DNA of 64,000 nt from Gemmatimonadota bacterium. Its GTDB lineage: Bacteria; Gemmatimonadota; Gemmatimonadetes; Gemmatimonadales; GWC2-71-9. Each line of letters starts with the position of its first letter. Position 1 is the first letter of the stretch. Where the stretch lies: NCBI GenBank assembly GCA_041499375.1, contig JBGQKD010000006.1, positions 43,582 through 107,581 of the forward strand, given 5' to 3'. Under the pieces are notes generated by a model. The model made no database searches, was not told the origin of the DNA, and was given only the letters and a program-made list of their open reading frames with translations. The translations under genes were made by a program, and so were the position numbers. Shown here in pieces: positions 8,829-16,022 of this stretch.

Positions 8829-9481
8829 GCGCGTTGCTCGCGATCGACCGGCTTACGGTTCGCTACGACTCGCGCGACGTCCTGCGCGGGCTCTCGCTGG
8901 AAGTCGCGCGCGGCGAGATCGTGGCGTTGATGGGCCCGTCGGGTGTCGGGAAGTCGACGGCATTGCGCGCGGTGGCCGGGCTGCAGCCATTCGACGAGGG
9001 GCGGATCGTCGTCGATGGATTCGCGCTGGCGCCCGGGCCTGTGCCGCCCGAGTCGCGGCTCGTTCCGCTGCGGCGTCGAGTCGGGCTCGTCTTCCAGGCG
9101 CACGCGCTGTTTTCCCACCTCTGCGCTCTCGATAACGTGACGCTGGCGCTGCGGCACGTCCTCGGCCAGAGCCGCAGCGAGGCGGAGGAGGTCGCGGCGA
9201 AGCTCCTCGCGTCGCTGGATGTCGGCACGCGCGCCGCTGCGTGGCCGAGTCAACTGTCCGGTGGCGAGGCGCAGCGGGTCGCGATCGCGCGCGCACTGGC
9301 GCCCAATGCTCCGCTACTGCTAATGGACGAACCAACGGCGGCGCTCGACCCAGCACGCCGCAGCGCGCTGGGAGCGACGTTGCGTCAGCTGAGTAAAGAG
9401 GGCCGAGGGTTGCTCATCGCGACGCACGACACCGAGTTCGCGCGGGGGCACGCGGATCGAGTTGTACAACTGACGGTCTGA
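8825..9481 (+). CDS. ABC transporter ATP-binding protein
   Basis: Tracked ORF 8744..9481 trimmed to ATG 8825 (ATGA overlap with the permease stop). Walker A GPSGVGKST, signature LSGGEAQRVAIARAL, Walker B LLLMDEPTAALD. Confidence 0.9.
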   Translation: MSALLAIDRLTVRYDSRDVLRGLSLEVARGEIVALMGPSGVGKSTALRAVAGLQPFDEGRIVVDGFALAPGPVPPESRLVPLRRRVGLVFQAHALFSHLCALDNVTLALRHVLGQSRSEAEEVAAKLLASLDVGTRAAAWPSQLSGGEAQRVAIARALAPNAPLLLMDEPTAALDPARRSALGATLRQLSKEGRGLLIATHDTEFARGHADRVVQLTV

Positions 9482-9517
9482 CGGCAGGGGCTTTCTTCGC
9501 AACCTCGCGTCGCTCCT

Positions 9518-10087
9518 CTACGCCGCGGCTCGCTCATACACTCCAAACGTCCAGTATTGCGGCGACGGGAAGCGCGGACCGCGCCATCCCGCGGCACGGA
9601 GTCGCCGTGCGATCAGGATGTTCATCAATCCGTGTCCCACGAGCACAACCGCCCCGGACTCCTCGGCGTGGCCCGTCAAGACCGACGCCGCCTTCGCGGC
9701 ACGCTCGCGAGCGGCCTTGAAGCTCTCCACGCCCGCTGACCAGCCGCAGAACCACGCCGTGCGTGCGAGCAAAGCCCACATCTCCGGGCGGAGGCGTAGG
9801 CCGGACCGGATCGCCGACGGCAACTCGGCCTCGCGAAAGCAAGGATCGACGAGCGACGGCGTTGTTGGCGCGAGCAGCCGCGCCGAGTCCCGCGACCGGC
9901 GCAGCGTGCTCGCGACCAGGCATTTCGCCTCCCGGCTAAGCCGCTCGAGCTCCGCGCCGGGACGGAGAGAGCCGTCGAGCGGCGCCTCCCCTTCGCCCCG
10001 ATGCCACTCGCCCAGCGCGTGGCCCGGGATCGGCGTCCGAAAGTCCCACGCCGGTCTGCCGTGTCGCGCCAGGACGATCCTGGTCAC
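9518..10087 (-). CDS. histidine phosphatase family protein (phosphoglycerate-mutase-like)
   Basis: Tracked ORF 9518..10141 trimmed to GTG 10087 (GTGA overlap with the upstream stop 10084-10086). RHG motif in RIVLARHGRPAW; C-terminal VVLVGHG. Confidence 0.8.
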   Translation of the reverse strand: MTRIVLARHGRPAWDFRTPIPGHALGEWHRGEGEAPLDGSLRPGAELERLSREAKCLVASTLRRSRDSARLLAPTTPSLVDPCFREAELPSAIRSGLRLRPEMWALLARTAWFCGWSAGVESFKAARERAAKAASVLTGHAEESGAVVLVGHGLMNILIARRLRAAGWRGPRFPSPQYWTFGVYERAAA

Positions 10088-10593
10088 GCCGATGTGGCCT
10101 GCGCTGAGGCCGCTCGGCCCCGGACCCTGAACGCCAGCCATGCGAGCACGACCGCCGGAAGGAGTACGACGATGGCCTCCTTTACGAGTTGTCCCGCTAA
10201 GGCGCCATTCGGATCACCCAGCGGTGTCCATGGAAAGCGGAAGCGCTGTTGTGAGAACGGCGCGAAGAACTCAATACCGAACGAATACGTCGACAGCGCA
10301 TCGAGACAGCCGTGGGAGAGCAGCGCGAGGCCGAAAACCAGAGCCAGGCGCGCACGTTGCTGGGCCCATTGCGGGCCACGGAAGAAGATGAATGTCGCCG
10401 CGACGGCGCCGACGACAGCGAACGCGAGCGAATGCGTGATCGCGCGGTGCGCGACGGGCCATCCGAAATAATCGATATCGGGCAGGGCGGCGCAGGCCGC
10501 AGCGACGAGGCACACAGGGCGCGTCGGCGGTCGCTGCTGAGTCCAGGCAGCGATCGCAAAACCAACGGCCGCGTGTGAGATGGGGGTAGGCAC
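10084..10593 (-). CDS. membrane-bound metal-dependent hydrolase, YdjM/DUF457-like
   Basis: C-terminal 169 aa of tracked ORF 10084..10872. In-frame GTG start at 10593. Motifs ISHAAVG, LPDIDY, AITHS, LLSHGCLDAL. The upstream part of the tracked ORF is out-of-frame junk. Confidence 0.75.
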   Translation of the reverse strand: MPTPISHAAVGFAIAAWTQQRPPTRPVCLVAAACAALPDIDYFGWPVAHRAITHSLAFAVVGAVAATFIFFRGPQWAQQRARLALVFGLALLSHGCLDALSTYSFGIEFFAPFSQQRFRFPWTPLGDPNGALAGQLVKEAIVVLLPAVVLAWLAFRVRGRAASAQATSA

Positions 10594-10607
10594 CGAGTGG
10601 TCAGCGG

Positions 10608-10760
10608 CTAGTGAAGCGTGATCCCCAGGTAGAAGATGTCCGCGAACGCTTCGCTGAACTCGCGAATGACACGGGCCATCGCGCTCGCCGCCGACTCGAG
10701 TGACATCTCTCCTCGCAGATATCGAACGACGATCGGGTTCTGTCCCGGAACAGCGTTCAT
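10608..10760 (-). CDS. possible 50-aa protein (below the ORF-track length cutoff)
   Basis: Hand translation: MNAVPGQNPIVVRYLRGEMSLESAASAMARVIREFSEAFADIFYLGITLH. The ATG 10760-10758 overlaps the upstream TGA (ATGA). It ends 14 nt before the next start. Third-position G/C is high by hand count. No family recognised. Confidence 0.25.
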   Translation of the reverse strand: MNAVPGQNPIVVRYLRGEMSLESAASAMARVIREFSEAFADIFYLGITLH

Positions 10761-11407
10761 ATGGCGCGCCTCCGCAAATACACATGGGTCGCACGCTCGC
10801 CGGCGACATGCTTGACCGTTTCGTAGCCCAACGCCGGGAGATCGATACCTGCGAAGAGCGCTTCGCCAGCACCCATGAGGACCGGTCTCATCGCCAGATG
10901 CAGCTCGTCGATCAACCCGGCGCGCAGAAACTGGCGAATCGTCGACACCCCGCCGCCCAGCCGAATATCACGATCTCCCGCAGCTTCTCTCGCCTGCTTG
11001 AGCGCTGAGTGAATTCCATCGGTCACGAAGCGAAACTCGGTGCCGCCCGTCATTCGCAACGGAGGCCGAGCATGATGCGTCAGCACGAAGACGGGCGTGT
11101 GATACGGCGGCTCCTCTCCCCACCAGCCTCTCCAGCTTTCATCCGGCCACGGTCCACGGACGGGTCCGAACATGTTGCGGCCGAGGATCCAGGCACCGAG
11201 GCCGGCCAGAGCCTGCGCGGCAATCTCGTCGTCGATGCCCGTCTCACCGCCGTCTTGACCGTGCATGTGCTGCCAAGTTCGCGTCGGGAAGAACCAGTCC
11301 ATGAGCGCGACGCCGCCGACCCCGAGCGGATTCTGCAGGTCCTGGTTCGGCCCGGCGCCGAAGCCGTCGATCGAGACCGCGAAGCTGCTGACGCGGAGTT
11401 TGCCCAC
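10757..11407 (-). CDS. dihydrofolate reductase family protein (RibD C-terminal-domain type)
   Basis: ORF track 216 aa. FAVSIDGFGAGPNQ..., WILGRNMFGP, VFVLTHH, RLGGGVSTIRQFLRAGLIDELHL. Confidence 0.85.
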   Translation of the reverse strand: MGKLRVSSFAVSIDGFGAGPNQDLQNPLGVGGVALMDWFFPTRTWQHMHGQDGGETGIDDEIAAQALAGLGAWILGRNMFGPVRGPWPDESWRGWWGEEPPYHTPVFVLTHHARPPLRMTGGTEFRFVTDGIHSALKQAREAAGDRDIRLGGGVSTIRQFLRAGLIDELHLAMRPVLMGAGEALFAGIDLPALGYETVKHVAGERATHVYLRRRAI

Positions 11408-11412
11408 GACGT

Positions 11413-11766
11413 CTAGCGATCAGGCAAGAAGGGTGTGATCGACTCGGCGACCCCAGGACATTCGCCCGCCGCGCGCGGCCGCACCTCGAGGATCTGCTGT
11501 ACCTGAAAGTAGGGCCGCCCGCTGTAGATGCTGCCCGAGCGTCTGCTGACTCCGCGGAGACGTACGAACACCGGCTTGTTTGGCACGGCGGTGGCGCGGT
11601 AGCGCGCCGTGAGCGCCGAGTCCGGCACCGCGATCGCGACCTTGGGGTCATCGCAAGGAAAGAGGGTGCCCGAGCTCTCGTCATTGACGTACACACCACG
11701 GACTTCTGTCGGACGGTGACAGGCAACGAAGAGCAGGCACCCGAGCACACCTGCGAATTGACGCAT
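11413..11766 (-). CDS. small lipoprotein, unknown function
   Basis: C-terminal 117 aa of tracked ORF 11413..12441. Start ATG 11766-11764. Lipobox MRQFAGVLGCLLFVAC. Two further Cys (FPCDD, GECPG). Confidence 0.6.
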   Translation of the reverse strand: MRQFAGVLGCLLFVACHRPTEVRGVYVNDESSGTLFPCDDPKVAIAVPDSALTARYRATAVPNKPVFVRLRGVSRRSGSIYSGRPYFQVQQILEVRPRAAGECPGVAESITPFLPDR

Positions 11767-11771
11767 GTTTC

Positions 11772-12215
11772 TTAATCTACGCCCGGATCCAACCGCCCCA
11801 GAGCCGCCCGCGCGTCGGCGACGGCGAGCCGCCGCGCAGCGCGCTTGACCGCCGGCGGCACCCAGCGAGGGAACGGCACGAGCCGTTCTTCGTGCCGGCC
11901 GCTGGCCGTGTGGACTTCCTGCACCGCCGCCAGGTCGCGCCGCGCGAAGTTGCGCGCCAACCGGACGAGCGCCGGCCAGAGCCGTCGATGCACGTACGTG
12001 ATCTTTCGGCCGACAAGCCGGCAGACGAGGACGTCGGTCGAGTCGCGCACCGCGCGTGTCAGCCGGAAGATTTCTTTCCCCTTGGCGTGGCCCCACCAGC
12101 TGCCGCGAATGCGCCCCCCGACCACCGCCTCGGCCAGATTCGGGACCGGACCCCGGGCGCTTTCGAGGACGATGCCGTTTCGTTTGACGAAGGAGAGCGC
12201 TGAGCGTCGGGTCAC
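11772..12215 (-). CDS. hypothetical 147-aa protein (conserved-looking, basic)
   Basis: C-terminal part of tracked ORF 11772..12482. In-frame GTG 12215 overlaps the cytochrome stop (GTGA). Sequence ...PNLAEAVVGGRIRGSWWGHAKGKEIFRLTRAV...VHRRLWPALVRLA... Confidence 0.55.
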   Translation of the reverse strand: MTRRSALSFVKRNGIVLESARGPVPNLAEAVVGGRIRGSWWGHAKGKEIFRLTRAVRDSTDVLVCRLVGRKITYVHRRLWPALVRLARNFARRDLAAVQEVHTASGRHEERLVPFPRWVPPAVKRAARRLAVADARAALGRLDPGVD

Positions 12216-13372
12216 GGCTCCGGATACACCTTGATCCAATGGCTGCGCACTTGCGGCCGCAGTTGATGGCCGAGGGAGTTGGACACGAGTACCTGCGACG
12301 TCTGCAGGGGCATGTGACAAACGACGCAGCGGCCCACCAGCTGGTTTCCGTGGCGCGGAAAGAGTCCACAGCTCTGGACCGTATGACAGGTGAGACAGCG
12401 CGCGGAGAGCGCCACGAGGTCCCGCTGTTCGCGGTGCACATCGTGGCACGTGGCGCAAGTCATTTGCGATGCACGGAAGCACGCGCTGCGCTCCAGCAGC
12501 GCGACCTGGTTGCCGTGCACGTCGGCCACGCCCGTGTCGGGCGGGCTCGACAGGTCAAATCGCTTCTCGAGACGCTGCCCTGGCACGAACGAGAACGGAG
12601 CCGTCCGGAGCGGCGCCGTCCCGCTATGGCACAGGGCGCACGCGTCCACCTGGCGCGCGCGAGGCAAGCGCGCCGGGTTCACGATCGCGTGGGACCGTAA
12701 ACCGGAGAGCACCGAGCGCTCGCGCGCCACATGGTCTCGACCCGAGCCGTGACAGACTTCGCAGGTTATCCCGAGGAGTGCGCCGGTGGGCTGATATCGG
12801 TTGAGGGCATTGGAATCGGCCACCGACTGGAACCCGGATGAGTGACACTCCAGACACCGCGGATAGATGGGGCGATCGAAGTTGAGTACTCCGTCCCGGT
12901 ATCCCGGGCTGTTAGTCCATCCGAACCCCGCCCAATGAGACACCGGGTGCTGATACAGCCGGTCGCCGCGCCAGTAGAGAAAGGACTGACCCTTCCGCAC
13001 GCCGGTGACGATGTCAATGCGCTCGCGCCGTGTCGATGTATCGGGCGGCCGTCCCACCACCGCGGTTTCATAGAAGCCCGTCGCCGTCGAGTCCATCCGG
13101 AAGTGCAGATTCGGATTCGCGGTCCGAAGCACATTCTCGCCCGGGTCGAAGCGGCCCTGAATGGTCGCGCGCGTCGGCAGGGTGGAGGTCAGGCGATGGG
13201 CAGTCTGCTCGAAGCTCGCCATCGTCGTGTGGCAGCTGAGACAGGTCGCGTCTCCAACCGCGTTACCCGGGCGCACCGGCTCGGTGTGATGCCGTGTCGC
13301 GAAGAGTCCAATGGTGACCCCCGCCGCACCGAGCAGCACGAGCCCGGCGATTCGTCGCCATGGCAACCTCAT
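12212..13372 (-). CDS. multiheme c-type cytochrome (7 CXXCH), N-terminal membrane anchor
   Basis: Tracked ORF 12212..13486 trimmed to ATG 13372 (ATGA overlap with the upstream stop). Anchor IAGLVLLGAAGVTIGLF. Heme motifs CLSCH, CLECH, CEVCH, CALCH, CATCH, CLTCH, CVVCH. Confidence 0.85.
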   Translation of the reverse strand: MRLPWRRIAGLVLLGAAGVTIGLFATRHHTEPVRPGNAVGDATCLSCHTTMASFEQTAHRLTSTLPTRATIQGRFDPGENVLRTANPNLHFRMDSTATGFYETAVVGRPPDTSTRRERIDIVTGVRKGQSFLYWRGDRLYQHPVSHWAGFGWTNSPGYRDGVLNFDRPIYPRCLECHSSGFQSVADSNALNRYQPTGALLGITCEVCHGSGRDHVARERSVLSGLRSHAIVNPARLPRARQVDACALCHSGTAPLRTAPFSFVPGQRLEKRFDLSSPPDTGVADVHGNQVALLERSACFRASQMTCATCHDVHREQRDLVALSARCLTCHTVQSCGLFPRHGNQLVGRCVVCHMPLQTSQVLVSNSLGHQLRPQVRSHWIKVYPEP

Positions 13373-14238
13373 CCAGCCGCCGCGGGGGTACGTCGCGCGG
13401 TGCGACGCAGATCCCACCACATCGCCAGCGGCCCGACCATCGCGAGCGCCAGAATCGGGGGTGACACGTAGAACGGCCGGAGCCACCCTATCTGATAATC
13501 ACCCGCGAGACGAATGAGGGTTTCGACCAGCGCGACGATCGCCACCACAATCATCCGGCCGCGCCGCGTGCTCACCGTGGTGCGCGGATCGGTGACCATG
13601 AAAAAGACGAACAGCTGATACATCGGACCGGTAATCGGCGCGAGCTCGGCGAACAGGGGCCCGCCCACGATAAAATGGCGTAGCAATGCGAAGAAGACGA
13701 AACAGGCGACGTAGGTCAGCGTGACGTGCAGTACCCGCGCGCGCCAGGCGATCACCAGGCCGAACGCCCAGATCACCAGGTTCGTGCCGAGATCGTTGCC
13801 CCACTGGTGACTGAGGATCGCGACGGAGTCGGACGCCACCAGCACGAGCAGCGCGATCGCGAAGTTGCTGGGATTCCACAGGTGGCGGCCGCGATAGGTG
13901 AGCACGTATTTCGACGCGATCGCGATAAAGGCACCCAGCGCGAACGGCCAGAGAATATTGGCCTGCGGCTTGATCAGCAGCGCCAGGCTGATCCCCGTGA
14001 TGTACGCGCTCGCCAGATTGGCCACTCGGCCCCGCAGCCACCACGACAACAGCGCTTCGGTCGCCAGGCACACGCCCAGCGTCGTCACCAGACGCTGGTA
14101 CCCGCCCAGAATGTGGTAGCGCGCTTCGCCCACCACGAGCACGAGCGTGATGAGAAAGACAATGAGGTACTTCGGATCCGTCACCCAGGCCGCGAAACCG
14201 CGCGCGTGGGCGGACGCCTGCGCAGGAGCAGCCGTCAC
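13369..14238 (-). CDS. polytopic membrane protein resembling the RnfD/NqrB family
   Basis: Tracked ORF 13369..14310 trimmed to GTG 14238 (GTGA overlap with the upstream stop). Multi-TM. HLWNPSNFAIALL resembles the (F)NPA block and FVFFMVTDPRTTVST resembles the FFMATDPVT block of RnfD/NqrB, from memory. I saw no obvious SGAT-type flavinylation motif. Confidence 0.65.
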   Translation of the reverse strand: MTAAPAQASAHARGFAAWVTDPKYLIVFLITLVLVVGEARYHILGGYQRLVTTLGVCLATEALLSWWLRGRVANLASAYITGISLALLIKPQANILWPFALGAFIAIASKYVLTYRGRHLWNPSNFAIALLVLVASDSVAILSHQWGNDLGTNLVIWAFGLVIAWRARVLHVTLTYVACFVFFALLRHFIVGGPLFAELAPITGPMYQLFVFFMVTDPRTTVSTRRGRMIVVAIVALVETLIRLAGDYQIGWLRPFYVSPPILALAMVGPLAMWWDLRRTARRTPAAAG

Positions 14239-15974
14239 CGCGGTTCCGTGATCACGTGCAGCTGATCGATCGCCAGACCGTTCAGCACCTGCGTCTCGCC
14301 CGACGGCCACCGAATCGTCACGCTCCCCAACCCTTGATCCCCCAGGCCAAAGTGCAGCCGCCGATCGTTCTGACTGCAGAACCCCGACCCACCGTCCACC
14401 ACCTGGCGCTGCCGCCCGGGCCCGATCTCCGCCGTCACCTCGGCCCCGATGGCGCTATGGTTGCTGCGGGTGCCCTCGAGCTTCAACTCGACCCAATGGG
14501 CGGCGTTGGCCGTGTTGCGATAGAGCAGCGCCCTGCCCTTCTCGTTCGCAACCACCACGTCGAGCAGACCTCGATTGAAGAGATCGGCCATCGCGACGGC
14601 GCGGCCATCCAGCAGATCAGTGACCCCCGCTTCCTGTGCGACATCGATGAACCCGACCTGGCCGCGATTCAGCAGCACGCGCGAGCGCTCGTAGCCGGAC
14701 AGGCTGGCGCTGCCGATCGGCGGCCAGTTCTTGGCATCCTCGAAGATGTTGCCCTGCGCCCCCGCGATCTTGGACATCGCGTACCAGTAGCTGCGCGTCG
14801 AATCGGCGGAAATGAATCCGTTCGCCACGAACAGATCGAGCATCCCGTCGTTGTTCAGGTCGCCGAACTGCGCGCCCCAAGCCCATCCCGCGTCGGCGAC
14901 GACGCCGGTCGCGACTTCGTCGAAGCGTCCCAGCTGGTTCAAGAAATTGAGCCGCAGGTTGTTGCCCTGAAACAGGAAGCCCTTTTCGGAGATGTTCGTG
15001 ATGAAGGCGTCGTGCACCCCGCGGTTGTAGACGTCGCCGAGCGCGACCGCCATGCCGCTCTTCGAGTCGTCCTCGAGGCCAGCCCGCGCCAACTCGAAGC
15101 GCTTGCCCTCATGGTTCAAGTAGAGCTCTTCGGGTCCGTAGTCGTTGGCGAGATAGAGGTCGGGCCAGCCGTCGTCGTTGAAGTCGGCGGCCGCCGCGGC
15201 CAGCGTCCAGCGCGTGCTGCCGACGCTCATCGAGTCGGTCACGTCCTTGAAACGCCCGTTGCCGAGATTCTTGAAGAGCAGGTTCTTGCCGCCGTTCGAC
15301 GCGAACTCCCAGCTCGACTGCATGATGCGCGTCGTCTTCAGATGCCAGAAATCGATGTCGGAGCGGAAGTAGCCGGTGATGTAGAGATCGAGCAGCCCAT
15401 CGCGATCGAAGTCGAACCAGACGGCGCCATTGGAGTTCATCCAGGTCCACAGGCCCGATTGCGCCGTCACGTCTTCGAAGTGCCCGTTGCCGAGGTTGTG
15501 AAAGAGCTGCGGATAGCCCCATTTGTAGACGAGCAGGTCCTCGAGGCCGTCGTTGTCGTAGTCGCCCCACACGGCGCCCATCGACACCCCTTCGCCGGCA
15601 CGATTCACCGCACCGACGCCTGCCTCGGCGGAGATGTCGCGGAATGTGCCGTCCTTCTGGTTCAGGTACAGCGCGTTGGACGCGCCGAAGCGTGACGTGG
15701 TGAAGTAGAGGTCGGGCCAGCCGTCGTTGTTCACGTCCGCCACCGAGACGCAGGCGCCGAGCGCCGCGATGTGGGCGGCGATGTGATTGACTTTCGGATC
15801 GAGCGTCGGTGATTGATGGACGAAGTCGATCCCGCTCGCGTGCGCGACTTCGCTGAGATGAATCGTTTCACTCGCGCCGCCGCCGCTCGTCGCGGCGCCG
15901 GCATTCAGAATCACCACCGCAGCGATGGCGGCCACGAACGCCGCGATCACAATGAAACGACGCCCCGAAAGCAT
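14235..15974 (-). CDS. CRTAC1-family protein (FG-GAP/VCBS plus ASPIC/UnbV)
   Basis: ORF track 579 aa. N-terminal anchor/signal FIVIAAFVAAIAAVVIL. VADVNNDGWPDLYF, WGDYDNDGLEDLLV, WFDFDRDGLLDLYI, AADFNDDGWPDLYL, FGDLNNDGMLDLFV. C-terminal SNHSAIGAEVTA...GFCSQNDRRLHFGLG...VTIRWPSG. Confidence 0.9.
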   Translation of the reverse strand: MLSGRRFIVIAAFVAAIAAVVILNAGAATSGGGASETIHLSEVAHASGIDFVHQSPTLDPKVNHIAAHIAALGACVSVADVNNDGWPDLYFTTSRFGASNALYLNQKDGTFRDISAEAGVGAVNRAGEGVSMGAVWGDYDNDGLEDLLVYKWGYPQLFHNLGNGHFEDVTAQSGLWTWMNSNGAVWFDFDRDGLLDLYITGYFRSDIDFWHLKTTRIMQSSWEFASNGGKNLLFKNLGNGRFKDVTDSMSVGSTRWTLAAAAADFNDDGWPDLYLANDYGPEELYLNHEGKRFELARAGLEDDSKSGMAVALGDVYNRGVHDAFITNISEKGFLFQGNNLRLNFLNQLGRFDEVATGVVADAGWAWGAQFGDLNNDGMLDLFVANGFISADSTRSYWYAMSKIAGAQGNIFEDAKNWPPIGSASLSGYERSRVLLNRGQVGFIDVAQEAGVTDLLDGRAVAMADLFNRGLLDVVVANEKGRALLYRNTANAAHWVELKLEGTRSNHSAIGAEVTAEIGPGRQRQVVDGGSGFCSQNDRRLHFGLGDQGLGSVTIRWPSGETQVLNGLAIDQLHVITEPR

Positions 15975-16022
15975 GGCCTAAACGATATCCGGCCCGGCAA
16001 GGGTGCGTTAGTTTCCCTGCCC

